Positions 28,741 to 39,014 of a stretch of 64,000 nt of DNA are shown here, one piece after another. Made by a program: the position numbers and the translations under genes. The stretch's first letter is position 1; every line of letters starts with the position of its first letter. Location: assembly GCA_964627525.1 (NCBI GenBank), contig CAZVIA010000004.1, positions 1,565 to 65,564 of the forward strand, in the 5' to 3' direction. The notes under the pieces were generated by a model. The model was not told the DNA's origin. It did not search any database and saw only the letters and a list, made by a program, of their open reading frames with translations. This DNA is from an uncultured Gammaproteobacteria bacterium (GTDB lineage Bacteria; Patescibacteriota; Patescibacteriia; Magasanikbacterales; JBBTQS01).

Positions 28741-30114
28741 CTACCTCACGTATTGAAATGGATTCATTTTGCGACCATTAACCATGACCTCAAAATGCAA
28801 ATGAGTTCCAGTTGAATATCCAGTTGTTCCCATCATTGCAATTACCTGCCCTTTTGTTACACGATCTCCTACTGAAACAAACAACTTACTTGCATGACCA
28901 TAACGAGTTACAATTCCATTTTGATGATCAATATCAATTGCCAAACCATAACCACCACGCCATCCAGCAAGTTTTACAACACCTGAATCTGAAGCATACA
29001 AAGGAGAATCATAATGACCATCAACATCAATTCCATGATGACGTGCGTGATAATATTGTGTAATCACATGTCCTGATGTTGGCCAAACCATTGCAGAGCC
29101 AGCTGAATACCTACTTGGCGGCGGAGGTGCAACATTACTATATGAATTTGGCGCATACACACGACTTGTAACAACTGGTGCAACATATTTTTTTGTACCA
29201 CCAGGAACAATAATTTTTTCACCAATCACAATATCACTTGCATCAGCCAATCTATTAAACTGAACTATCTCATTAACAGAATCTACATCATATTTTTTTG
29301 CCAACTTAATCAAAGTATCTCCACGCTTAACAACATGAGAAATTCCAGTGACTGGCAAAATTTTCAAAACATCTCCAGGGCGAATATAAGATCTACTGCT
29401 CAAATTATTTTCCCACAAAATACTCAAAGTGCTCACACCAAATTTTTCAGCAACAGTACTAATCACATCACCTTGTTGCACAACATAAGTTGTAACCTCA
29501 CGACGTGATGGAGTAACTTCTGCTCCAGGCATAATCATTGGAGCGCTCAAACCACCGCCCCCATATCCAATACCAGCCAACTCCTCAATCCCAAAATCAT
29601 GATCAGTTCCAGACGGCTCTGCCAAAGCACGCACACCATATGAAAAGGGATCATCACTAGACTGCGCAGTTGAAGTTGCATTGTGTTCAATTTGCTCAGC
29701 AGTTTCAATAATTATTTCATCACCATAAAACATCTCTTCCTCTCCTGGACCAACCACTTGCAACAAAATACTATTACTTCCAGCACCATAAACCGATGGT
29801 GTAAAAAACCTACTGTGTGGCATTACCAAAGAAATCACCAAAATAATAGCAACAGAACTTACAATCCAATTTTTTGCAGAAACTGTATAAATTTGCTCTT
29901 CAGTACTTCCAATTCTGCGCTCAATTTTACGACGAATACTTACATATTGCTTATACCCTCCAAGCAAAACATGGCGTACTGTCCATTTAAAAGTTTTTTC
30001 TAAATATATTCCAAATTTACGACCTGACCTAACCAAAAAACGCTTTCCCAAAACTAGGAACTTAAGTGTTTCTAATAAAACTTTATACGCAAAACGTTTC
30101 ATATTGTGATACAA
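28741..30114 (-). CDS. M23-family peptidoglycan endopeptidase with two LysM domains
   Basis: It has two LysM units (YVVQQGDVISTVAEKFGVS and HVVKRGDTLIKLAKKYDV) and a C-terminal HxxxD...HLHFE M23 motif. Confidence 0.8.
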   Translation of the reverse strand: MYHNMKRFAYKVLLETLKFLVLGKRFLVRSGRKFGIYLEKTFKWTVRHVLLGGYKQYVSIRRKIERRIGSTEEQIYTVSAKNWIVSSVAIILVISLVMPHSRFFTPSVYGAGSNSILLQVVGPGEEEMFYGDEIIIETAEQIEHNATSTAQSSDDPFSYGVRALAEPSGTDHDFGIEELAGIGYGGGGLSAPMIMPGAEVTPSRREVTTYVVQQGDVISTVAEKFGVSTLSILWENNLSSRSYIRPGDVLKILPVTGISHVVKRGDTLIKLAKKYDVDSVNEIVQFNRLADASDIVIGEKIIVPGGTKKYVAPVVTSRVYAPNSYSNVAPPPPSRYSAGSAMVWPTSGHVITQYYHARHHGIDVDGHYDSPLYASDSGVVKLAGWRGGYGLAIDIDHQNGIVTRYGHASKLFVSVGDRVTKGQVIAMMGTTGYSTGTHLHFEVMVNGRKMNPFQYVR

Positions 30115-30258
30115 GTTATACTATAAATCATTTAAGAAATCAAGGGTAGTGGATTTTAGACAAAGGTTGACAATCTAACGAGTTTTTCATATCATAACAC
30201 CAGTTTTTAATACAAATTTAAATATAAATTTTTAAGGAAATTTTTAAGGCAAAAATCT

Positions 30259-32253
30259 ATGAACCCAACTACATTATTATTCACCTTGGCCACAACTGCA
30301 TCTGTTATCGCAATTGTGTACGGCCTTTTGCTAGCACGTTGGATAATGAAACAACCAGCAGGTAGTGAAAAAATGATTGCCATTGCACGAGCAATTCAAG
30401 AAGGCGCAAAAGCATATTTAACACGACAATATAAAACAATTGCTTTGATTGGAATAATTATTTTTGTGCTGTTGTGGATTTTCTTAGGAGGAAAAATTGC
30501 TGCAGGATTTTTAGTTGGAGCAATTTTGTCTGCCATAGCTGGAATAATTGGAATGATTGTGTCAGTCCGTGCAAATGTTAGAACTGCTGAAGCTTCAAAA
30601 AAAGGCTTAAAAGCCGGTTTAAATGTAGCTATCAAAGGTGGTTCTGTCACAGGACTTCTTGTCGTGGGCTTGGCTTTATTAGGAGTAACAGTTTTTTATT
30701 GGATAACAAAAGATTTAACTGCTTTGATTGGACTTGGTTTTGGTGGTTCATTAATTTCAGTTTTTGCTCGTTTAGGTGGAGGAATTTATACAAAAGCTGC
30801 TGATGTTGGGGCTGACTTAGTTGGAAAAGTTGAAAAAGGAATTCCAGAAGATGATCCTCGTAACCCAGCTGTAATTGCAGATAATGTTGGAGATAATGTT
30901 GGAGATTGTGCTGGTATGGCAGCTGATTTATTTGAAACTTATGCTGTGACTTGTGTTGCTGCAATGCTATTAGGTTCAATTGTTTTTAAGAGTGCTGGCG
31001 AAAATGCTGTAATGTTTCCTTTGTTGTTAGGTTCAATTTCAATTGTAACTTCAATTATTGGAACTTTCTTTTTCAAGTTAGGAAAAAAGAAAAACATAAT
31101 GACAGCATTATATAAAGGATTAGGAGTTGCTGGTATTTTGGCTTTAATTATTTTTTATCCTGCAACACGCTGGTATTTCCCAGAAAGCACAAACACTATT
31201 TTTGGAGCAGCTGCTATTGGTTTAGTTGTAACTGCTTTGATGGTTTGGATTACTGAATACTACACATCAACTGAATATAAGCCTGTTAAGTCAATTGCAA
31301 AATCTTCTGAAACAGGACACGGAACAAACATTATTACCGGATTAGCTGTTTCAATGAAATCAACTGCTTTGCCTGTGTTGGTAATTGCAGCTGGAATGTT
31401 AGGGTCTTTTGAGTTGGCTGGAATTTATGGAGTAGCGATCGCTGCAATGAGTATGCTTTCTATGGCTGGAGTAATTGTTGCAATTGATGCTTATGGTCCA
31501 ATCACAGACAATGCTGGTGGTATTGCTGAGATGGCAGATTTGGATGAAAAAGTTCGCGGAGTAACTGATCCTTTGGATGCAGTTGGTAACACAACAAAAG
31601 CAGTTACAAAAGGATATGCAATTGCTTCTGCTGGTTTAGCTGCACTGGTTTTGTTTGCAGCTTATACTGAAGAGTTTGTAATTCGTGGTAAAGAATTAGT
31701 GTTTGAGTTGGGAGATCCTTATGTAATTGTTGGTTTATTTATTGGTGGGTTGTTACCATTTTTATTTGGAGCTTATGCAATGGAAGCTGTTGGAAAAGTT
31801 GCTGGACAAGTTGTTTCAGAAGTTCGTAGACAGTTTCGTGAAATTGCCGGAATTATGGAAGGTCGTGCAAAACCAGATTATGGTCGCACAGTAGATATTG
31901 TTACCAAAGGCGCTATTAAAGAAATGTTTGTACCAGCATTGATTCCAGTTATTGTGCCAATTGTTGTTGGATTTACTTTGGGACCTGTGGCTTTAGGTGG
32001 TTTGTTAGTAGGTTCAATTGTTACAGGAATTTTTGTAGCAATTTCAATGACAACAGGTGGTGGGGCTTGGGATAATGCAAAGAAGTTTATTGAAGAAGGA
32101 AATTACGGTGGTAAAGGGTCTGTTGCTCATGCTGCTGCTGTTACTGGTGACACAGTTGGAGATCCATATAAAGATACTGCTGGTCCAGCGATCAATCCAA
32201 TGATTAAAATCTTGAATATTATTGCGTTGTTGTTGGTTGGGCTTCTTGTGTAA
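30259..32253 (+). CDS. hppA: Membrane-bound proton/sodium-translocating pyrophosphatase
   Basis: It has the [20 protein letters not shown] and [13 protein letters not shown] signatures and is polytopic. Confidence 0.9.
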   Translation: MNPTTLLFTLATTASVIAIVYGLLLARWIMKQPAGSEKMIAIARAIQEGAKAYLTRQYKTIALIGIIIFVLLWIFLGGKIAAGFLVGAILSAIAGIIGMIVSVRANVRTAEASKKGLKAGLNVAIKGGSVTGLLVVGLALLGVTVFYWITKDLTALIGLGFGGSLISVFARLGGGIYTKAADVGADLVGKVEKGIPEDDPRNPAVIADNVGDNVGDCAGMAADLFETYAVTCVAAMLLGSIVFKSAGENAVMFPLLLGSISIVTSIIGTFFFKLGKKKNIMTALYKGLGVAGILALIIFYPATRWYFPESTNTIFGAAAIGLVVTALMVWITEYYTSTEYKPVKSIAKSSETGHGTNIITGLAVSMKSTALPVLVIAAGMLGSFELAGIYGVAIAAMSMLSMAGVIVAIDAYGPITDNAGGIAEMADLDEKVRGVTDPLDAVGNTTKAVTKGYAIASAGLAALVLFAAYTEEFVIRGKELVFELGDPYVIVGLFIGGLLPFLFGAYAMEAVGKVAGQVVSEVRRQFREIAGIMEGRAKPDYGRTVDIVTKGAIKEMFVPALIPVIVPIVVGFTLGPVALGGLLVGSIVTGIFVAISMTTGGGAWDNAKKFIEEGNYGGKGSVAHAAAVTGDTVGDPYKDTAGPAINPMIKILNIIALLLVGLLV

Positions 32254-32280
32254 AATTATAAAAATTTAATTATAAATTTC

Positions 32281-32316
32281 AAAACCCACAGTTTGTTAAA
32301 CCGTGGGTTTTGTTAT
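32281..32316 (+). terminator. Rho-independent terminator after hppA
   Basis: The hairpin aaacccacag...ccgtgggttt is followed by a TTGTTATT run. Confidence 0.5.
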
Positions 32317-32390
32317 TGTCTCGGCATATAGCTCCGAGATGTAGCTGTTTGCTTATGAGTCAATCAATTTTTTTGAGGAAACCACACAAA

Positions 32391-32906
32391 TCAATCCAGA
32401 AGAGTGCTTGTGTCAAAATTCTTACCACGACCCTCTTTGAGTTCAATCCACGCATCAATGATAGCCAACACAATAGACATGTTTTTGGAGCCTGAAAACG
32501 AACTACCCATTGAAGTTTTGGAATAAATACTTGTTGTTCCATTTTTCTTCTTAGTAATAACAACAACATAAACTTCAACCTCTGTGTGATACTCACCATC
32601 ATGAGTTGATTTAGACCCTTTTATACGAAAATCAATAACAGAAACATTTTTTTGCCCCAAAATTGACTTGTACATATCAGCAAAAGTAGTCTTTTCTGGA
32701 AAATAAATACAACGACCTCTCTTTACACCCAAGTCCGAAGACAACAACCTAAAACCTTGGTGCATGACATTGGTGAACTCTTTGACAGAATAATCTTTAT
32801 GGGCTATCCGCACATAAACAGCAGGTTTTTTGTCAGCTTTGACCACACTACTTGAAGATGCACAATAACAAGTTTTGTGGTTTTTGTCAAGACCTTGTGT
32901 TGACAC
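32391..32906 (-). CDS. Hypothetical protein (171 aa)
   Basis: The ORF is in genome-typical composition, and no family is recognised. Confidence 0.4.
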   Translation of the reverse strand: MSTQGLDKNHKTCYCASSSSVVKADKKPAVYVRIAHKDYSVKEFTNVMHQGFRLLSSDLGVKRGRCIYFPEKTTFADMYKSILGQKNVSVIDFRIKGSKSTHDGEYHTEVEVYVVVITKKKNGTTSIYSKTSMGSSFSGSKNMSIVLAIIDAWIELKEGRGKNFDTSTLLD

Positions 32907-32958
32907 CCTAATTTAGATTTGCTACACTTTGCACGTAGTTTTTAATTTTATAAACATG

Positions 32959-34236
32959 AAAATTGAAGTAAAAAATCTTCCAAAATCAAAAGTTGAATTA
33001 GTCATAACTATTACAGTTGAGGAAATCAAACCCTATCTTGAAAAAGCCGCCAAGCACTTGTCTGATAACAAAGACATTAAGGGTTTTCGTCGTGGACATG
33101 CACCTTATGATAAGGTAATTCAGGAATTTGGTGAGATGGCATTGTATGAAGCTTCTTTGGAGCGAATTGTTCAGTCAACTTATTTTTCTGCTGTTAAGGA
33201 AAAGGAGTTGGATGTGATTGGAATGCCAGAAATTAATGTTACAAAAATGGCACCTGGAAATGATATTGAATATAAAGCTGTTGCTGCACTTTTGCCAAAA
33301 GTTGATTTGCCTAGTTTTGAAAAAATTAAAGTTGAGAAAAAAGAAAAAGAAGTTGAAGAAAAAGAAGTTGAAGATACTTTGGAAAATTTACGCAAGATGC
33401 AAGGAACTGAAGAAGTGAAGTCAGGTCCATCTACAAAAGAAGACAAAGTTGTGATTGACATGGATTTGTTGATTGACAATGTTTTGGTTGAAGGCGGACA
33501 AACAAAAGATCATGGAGTGTATTTAAATGAAAATTATTATGTTCCTGGCTTGCCAGAGCAATTGATTGGTGTGAAAAAAGATGAGGAAAAAGAATTTGAT
33601 TTAGAATTTCCTAAGGAGCATTATCAAAAACATTTGGCTGGAAAAAAAGTTCATTTTAAAGTGAAAGTGAAAGATGTTTTTGAAAGAAAATTTCCTGAAC
33701 TTAATGATGAGTTTGCAAAAAAATTAGGACAAGAAAACGTTGCGAAGTTGCGAGAAGTTTTAAAACAAAATTTGCAAGCTGAAGCTGATCGCAAAGAAAA
33801 CGAGCGTCAGGAAATTGAAATGCTGGAGGCAATTATTACTAAAGCAAAGTTTGAGGATATTCCAGATGTTTTGATTGATGCTGAAAAGCGTAGAATTTTT
33901 GCAGAATTAAAATCGCGCATTAGTGGAAGTGGTTTAACAATGGAACAATATTTAGAAGGTGTTAAAAAGACAGAGGCGCAGTTGATTGAAGAATATGCAG
34001 ACCAAGCAGATAAGCGAGTGAAAACAACTTTGGTTTTGCGTGCACTATCTGCAAAAGAAAATATTGAGGTTAGTGATGCAGAAGTTGAAAAAGAAGTTGA
34101 GGAAATGAAAAAGGTTTATGCAAAGCAACCTGAAGTTTTGAAAAACCTTGAGACACAAGACACGCGTGAATCTTTGAAAGTGATTTTGAGAAATCGCAAG
34201 GCAGTAATGTGGTTAAAGGAAAGGATTGTTAAATAA
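32959..34236 (+). CDS. tig: Trigger factor
   Basis: It has MKIEVKNLPKSKVELVITI and the GFRRGHAP PPIase-linker motif. The ORF track starts 10 codons upstream. Confidence 0.9.
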   Translation, partial: KIEVKNLPKSKVELVITITVEEIKPYLEKAAKHLSDNKDIKGFRRGHAPYDKVIQEFGEMALYEASLERIVQSTYFSAVKEKELDVIGMPEINVTKMAPGNDIEYKAVAALLPKVDLPSFEKIKVEKKEKEVEEKEVEDTLENLRKMQGTEEVKSGPSTKEDKVVIDMDLLIDNVLVEGGQTKDHGVYLNENYYVPGLPEQLIGVKKDEEKEFDLEFPKEHYQKHLAGKKVHFKVKVKDVFERKFPELNDEFAKKLGQENVAKLREVLKQNLQAEADRKENERQEIEMLEAIITKAKFEDIPDVLIDAEKRRIFAELKSRISGSGLTMEQYLEGVKKTEAQLIEEYADQADKRVKTTLVLRALSAKENIEVSDAEVEKEVEEMKKVYAKQPEVLKNLETQDTRESLKVILRNRKAVMWLKERIVK

Positions 34237-34302
34237 AGTAATTATTTATATAACACGTTGTTTTTTATACGCATGTTATATAAATAATTAAGTATTTTAA
34301 AA

Positions 34303-34333
34303 CCCCGAGTGAAAGTTATTCACTGGGGTTTTT
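34303..34333. terminator. Hairpin terminator after tig
   Basis: The hairpin ccccgagtgaa-agttat-tcactgggg is followed by a TTTTT run. Confidence 0.5.
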
Positions 34334-34368
34334 AAGTAGTGTTGAATGGATTTATTGAAGATAGTTTT

Positions 34369-34512
34369 TTATTTTTGTTTATAAGTTTTATCTGTTCTTC
34401 TTTTTATGTCTAACAAAACCAACACTCCTTTTATAATTTTTTCAATAATCTGCATTGCCACAGTGCGTTCTTTTTCATTTAATTTTTTTAAAAACTTTTT
34501 TATTTTATCCAT
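34369..34512 (-). pseudogene. RelE/ParE-like toxin remnant (47-aa ORF, apparently truncated)
   Basis: The ORF MDKIKKFLKKLNEKERTVAMQIIEKI...DIKRRTDKTYKQK begins 7 nt after the Phd/YefM stop. It resembles the N-terminal half of RelE/ParE toxins but stops before the conserved C-terminal R/Y catalytic region. Confidence 0.3.
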
Positions 34513-34518
34513 ACAAGC

Positions 34519-34749
34519 TTAGGCAAGTTCTTTCAAAGCCTTAAGTACATCTTTTGCAGGTACTCCTTCTGGATTAATTTCAGTAAAATCAACAACAGTT
34601 TCCCAAGTTGTTTTTTCATCAACCGGAACAATTTTAAAAATTGGACGAGATCTTTTTAATACCAAAAAACTTTCTCCTTTTTTCTCTATTTTGTCTGCGT
34701 ATTTTGTGAGTTTAAAACGCAATTCTTTTAAAGAAATTATATTTTCCAT
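34519..34749 (-). CDS. Phd/YefM-family antitoxin
   Basis: The N-terminal ISLKELRFKLTKYADKIEKKGESFLVLKRSRPIFKIVPV fits the Phd/YefM pattern. Confidence 0.5.
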   Translation of the reverse strand: MENIISLKELRFKLTKYADKIEKKGESFLVLKRSRPIFKIVPVDEKTTWETVVDFTEINPEGVPAKDVLKALKELA

Positions 34750-34882
34750 AAATTTATATTTAGCTTTTTGAAGTTATAACTTAAGTTTAAACTTTACTCA
34801 TGCAAATATCAAATTTATATTCAAAAAAGCCGCTAGTTAAAACGACTCTTTTGTTTGTTTATATAAATCCACACAATCTTCT

Positions 34883-36472
34883 TTATGATAGCAATGACCC
34901 ATACAACTCCTCCAAATCATACACATACACTGGCTCATTCAAACCATCATACACCAACTGACCACCACGATAATGTGCTTTTACAAAAGTCTTCATTGGT
35001 GGTAATGATTCCCAACCCAATTTTTTCTTTGCAAGATGACGCGCTTCTGCACCTGGATTTTGACCTGGCAACAATCTTCTAAAGTGAGGTCTTACAGGAT
35101 GTGATACATCTTCACCATTTGACTGACCACCACTCTTTGCCCTACTCTTACGCCTTGGTTCATCTCCAGTAACTGTAATGCGATACATTATATCAAGCAA
35201 AACATACTCAATCACATGCCAAATCTCTTCCCAATTAGATGACACATTTTTAATGTAATCAGTACTTTTATCAACTGTAAAACTTTCCACATCAAATACA
35301 CAACCATTCACACTAACCACATGAGGTGTTTGAGTTTTTACAATCAAACTAATTCCAACTTGTGGAAATTCACAAACTTGTTCTGGATAAAAAATCACTG
35401 AACGCATCCCTCTGAATTTCAATGCTGGCAAAGAAAATTCAACATGATCAGCTCCGGCAAAACGAAACCATCTATTTACTCCTAATCTAATTTGCTCTTG
35501 CATCATTATTTTTCTTTGTGCAATTAGGTCTGCATTTTCCTCAAACCAATCCAAATCTCTTTGTACTCTATTTCTTTTCACCAGAACCATATCATTTCTC
35601 TGACTAATCCAAGTAGTAAATTGAGGTTTGTGCTCTTCTCTTACAACAACACGACCTTTGTATTTTCCATATGCAGGTTTTTTAGCTTTAAGTGCACCAC
35701 TAAAAAAACTTTGTGCATGCTCTATAGCAGTCAATGTTCTGACAAAAATAACAGGAGCTTCACCTGCCTTAGCAATACCACTATCACTATAATTAGTGCC
35801 ATATACATCACAAATCAAACCAACCATTTCACCAACAACAGGATCTTTATCCACTACTTCTATCAAATTATCAAACCACCTTCTTGTATTTCTCATACGA
35901 GAATTTGGATTTGCCTCAAGAGAATTTGCAATTATTCCATAATAAATTGCCTCACACCTAACCAAGCTTTCATCTACATCGTTTCTTTTTGCAACTTGTT
36001 GCAAAATATCTGCATAATGATCAAACAATAGTAGTGCAAACTTAATTGACATTTCCAAGCTTAAACCAGCAACATGAAAAATAAAGTTACTAAGACTTGA
36101 AGTTGCAAAAGAAAAATAAGGTACATTGGTTTTTTCACTAACTATATCTTCTTCATCACCCTTGAATGCACACAAACCCTGGTGAGATATCCACAAAAAC
36201 ATATAAATATGTCGTCCCAAAATAATATCTATTGCTATTATTTTGAAAAGTATTTTCAATGTTTCTTGAAATTCTGTGGTAGGAGTTTCATGATCAAAAA
36301 CACGTGCCAACACTTCTTTGAATCTTACAATCTGTGTTTGAGCATCATTTGTTTTAAAAACATGTGCACTTAGCCTTCTTGCATACTTTGGATCTTTTCT
36401 TACTATGAAGTTCTGAGACAAAAGACCAACATCTTTACCACCACCTTTTTTGGGCTTGATTTTTCTAGCCAT
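34883..36472 (-). CDS. Large hypothetical protein (529 aa), function unknown
   Basis: The ORF is clean and preceded by promoter-like AT-rich DNA. It has a basic N-terminus and a C-terminal block HPVRPHFRRLLPGQNPGAEARHLAKKKLGWESLPPMKTFVKAHYRGG that I cannot place. Confidence 0.5.
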   Translation of the reverse strand: MARKIKPKKGGGKDVGLLSQNFIVRKDPKYARRLSAHVFKTNDAQTQIVRFKEVLARVFDHETPTTEFQETLKILFKIIAIDIILGRHIYMFLWISHQGLCAFKGDEEDIVSEKTNVPYFSFATSSLSNFIFHVAGLSLEMSIKFALLLFDHYADILQQVAKRNDVDESLVRCEAIYYGIIANSLEANPNSRMRNTRRWFDNLIEVVDKDPVVGEMVGLICDVYGTNYSDSGIAKAGEAPVIFVRTLTAIEHAQSFFSGALKAKKPAYGKYKGRVVVREEHKPQFTTWISQRNDMVLVKRNRVQRDLDWFEENADLIAQRKIMMQEQIRLGVNRWFRFAGADHVEFSLPALKFRGMRSVIFYPEQVCEFPQVGISLIVKTQTPHVVSVNGCVFDVESFTVDKSTDYIKNVSSNWEEIWHVIEYVLLDIMYRITVTGDEPRRKSRAKSGGQSNGEDVSHPVRPHFRRLLPGQNPGAEARHLAKKKLGWESLPPMKTFVKAHYRGGQLVYDGLNEPVYVYDLEELYGSLLS

Positions 36473-36590
36473 TGTCAGACCTCCTTGATTGTTTGCTACG
36501 CGGCTATTTGTTCAGGTGTTTAATTGTAATGTTCAGAACTCAATAGATTAGCATAGTTCCCAAAAAAGTCAAGACTGGTATAATACAAAC

Positions 36591-37448
36591 ATGTTAGTCG
36601 GATGTCATGTCTCAATTGCAGAAAATATTTTAAAAGCACCTAAACGCGCACATGATTTAGGTTGTGAGGTTTTTCAAATTTTCTCTCGCCCACCTCAAGG
36701 TGGTAAAGCAAAAGAAATTACCCCTGAAATTGCTCGTGAATTTAAAACTCAATGTAAAAAATATTCACAAAAAGAATGGATAATTCATACTCCTTATTAC
36801 ATTAATTTTGCTTCTGAAAATAATCGTGTTAAACATGGTTCAATAAATGTAGTTCGCGAAGAACTAGAGCGCGGATCTTTGTTAGGTGCAAAATATGTAA
36901 TGGCGCACTTAGGTTCTTTTAAAAACTTGGGGCGCGAAAAAGGCATGAAGCAATTAGTTGAAGGTTTGGGGAAAATGCTAAAAGGTTATAAAGGCAAAAC
37001 ACAGTTTTTAATTGAAATTGCCGCAGGTGCTGGAGAAATTATTGGAGATAGTTTTGAAGAAATTGCTGAAATTATAAATCACCCAACTTTAAAAAAATAT
37101 AAAATCGGCGTTTGTTTTGACACACAACATGCTTTTGCATCTGGTTATGATTTGCGCGATAAAAAATCTATAGAAAAAACTTTAAAAAATTTTGATAAAA
37201 TTTTAGGACTAAAAAAATTAAAAGCTATTCATTGTAATGATTCAAAAGTTGAACTTGGATCGCACAAAGATAGACATGAACACATTGGCGATGGTTTTAT
37301 TGGAGCAAAAGGTTTTCAAGCTCTTGTAAATTTTTTGAACTCTCCAAAAAACAAATCCCTAACCAAAATAAATTTTTATTTAGAAACTCAACACGATAAA
37401 GTTGAGCAAGACATAAAATTGCTTAAAAAATTTCGTGATAAAAAATAA
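36591..37448 (+). CDS. nfo: Endonuclease IV (AP endonuclease family 2)
   Basis: It has an N-terminal MLVGCHVSIA, a TIM-barrel AP-endonuclease fold and metal-ligand H/D/E positions. Confidence 0.85.
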   Translation: MLVGCHVSIAENILKAPKRAHDLGCEVFQIFSRPPQGGKAKEITPEIAREFKTQCKKYSQKEWIIHTPYYINFASENNRVKHGSINVVREELERGSLLGAKYVMAHLGSFKNLGREKGMKQLVEGLGKMLKGYKGKTQFLIEIAAGAGEIIGDSFEEIAEIINHPTLKKYKIGVCFDTQHAFASGYDLRDKKSIEKTLKNFDKILGLKKLKAIHCNDSKVELGSHKDRHEHIGDGFIGAKGFQALVNFLNSPKNKSLTKINFYLETQHDKVEQDIKLLKKFRDKK

Positions 37449-37464
37449 TCCTAAAAAATAAATT

Positions 37465-38256
37465 ATGCCAAGCAAACATGTGATTGCAGCCAGTCGTATT
37501 GCGCGTCAGGCCAGTGTACTTTTAAGAAAAAAATTTAAGCGAACTGGTATAAAAGTTCATCATTTAAAAGCCCACAATGAAATTGTTACTGCGGTTGACT
37601 TAGCTTCTAACAAATTAATCACTCGCGAACTCTTAAAAGCTTTTCCAACTTATGACATTGTTAGTGAAGAAGCAAAAAAAATAGACAACCCAAGTGAATT
37701 TGCTTGGTACATTGACCCTTTGGATGGCACAACAAATTATCGTTATGGAATTAGCCACTACGCAATTTGTATTGGTTTGTATGATGGTGCGCGTTCTGAA
37801 ATTGAAGCTGGTGTAATTGCAATCCCAGAACAAAATGAAATTTATGCTGTTGAAAAAGGTTGGGGCGCTCGCTTAAATAATAAAAAAATCCATGTTTCAA
37901 ATTACGACAAAATTAAAGGTGCAATGTTCATGGGTTGTGCTGGCTATTCAAACGAAGGTCGCAATTATTTTCAGAAAATTTTTATTGGGCTGTTTGAAAA
38001 AGGAATTAGAACTCGCGTGATCTCAAGTGCTGGTGCAGAACTTACAGCGGTTGCATCTGGCCAAGCTGATTTAACAATTTTAACAGACACAAAAGCTTGG
38101 GATGTTTTGCCGGGAGTTTTATTGATAAGAGAAGCTGGTGGAAAAGTTACTAATTTATTTGGAAAAAAATGGACTTTAGGTGATTCAACTGTTGTTGCCG
38201 CAAATCCTGTTTTGCACAAAAAAATAATGAGGGTTTTAGAAAAAATTATTTCCTAA
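37465..38256 (+). CDS. suhB: Inositol monophosphatase family protein
   Basis: It has WYIDPLDGTTNY and the downstream motif typical of IMPase/SuhB. Confidence 0.85.
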   Translation: MPSKHVIAASRIARQASVLLRKKFKRTGIKVHHLKAHNEIVTAVDLASNKLITRELLKAFPTYDIVSEEAKKIDNPSEFAWYIDPLDGTTNYRYGISHYAICIGLYDGARSEIEAGVIAIPEQNEIYAVEKGWGARLNNKKIHVSNYDKIKGAMFMGCAGYSNEGRNYFQKIFIGLFEKGIRTRVISSAGAELTAVASGQADLTILTDTKAWDVLPGVLLIREAGGKVTNLFGKKWTLGDSTVVAANPVLHKKIMRVLEKIIS

Positions 38257-38977
38257 CTAAAAAAACCTCATAAAGATTTTCACCTGGCACAACAATTTTT
38301 TGTATTGTAGAAAAACCAACACCTCTTAACAAAACCTTTAGCTCCTCATGCTCCAAAATAAAACTATAATAATTAAAAGTATGCAACTCACCTTCTAACT
38401 CACGACGTGACCGAACAATACGCTGACGATTTTTCCAATCATGCTCAACAATCCAATTTATTTTTGGATCACTACTTGGAATCTCCATTTCAAAAACCGG
38501 ACCACGATCATATTCATTTTGCGAAGTAATATCAACAAACATAATCCCACCAGGATTTAAAACTTCATACATACTTTGCAAACAAACAATCATTTTATTC
38601 AACTGATTTTCAATTGTAACTTTTTGATGCCAAGTTCCTAAATATGCAATTGTATTTCCCTGACAAACAATCGCATCAAATTTTTTTCCTGTTTTATGCA
38701 AAGATCCCCAACTCAACAAATGATAATTCAAATCCACACCAGACTTGTACAAATTTTCTTCTAATTTATTTATTGCCTCATGAGACTCATCAACACAATC
38801 AACACCAAAACCAGCGCGCGCTAAATCAATTGCTGGAAACCCAACGCCACGACCGCAATCTAAAACAGTTTTAACTTGATTTTCTTTAAGCAACTCAATA
38901 AGACTATTTGTATATTCTTCAGTATACAAATGTTTTAAAGTTTGATCCCAAAGTTTAAATACATTATCTTTTGGCAT
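38246..38977 (-). CDS. Class I SAM-dependent methyltransferase
   Basis: It has VLDCGRGVGFPAIDLA as motif I and D-loop conservation. Confidence 0.7.
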   Translation of the reverse strand: MPKDNVFKLWDQTLKHLYTEEYTNSLIELLKENQVKTVLDCGRGVGFPAIDLARAGFGVDCVDESHEAINKLEENLYKSGVDLNYHLLSWGSLHKTGKKFDAIVCQGNTIAYLGTWHQKVTIENQLNKMIVCLQSMYEVLNPGGIMFVDITSQNEYDRGPVFEMEIPSSDPKINWIVEHDWKNRQRIVRSRRELEGELHTFNYYSFILEHEELKVLLRGVGFSTIQKIVVPGENLYEVFLVRK

Positions 38978-39014
38978 ATGTTTTTGAATTTGCCTCCCAA
39001 AAAATTATACCCTA

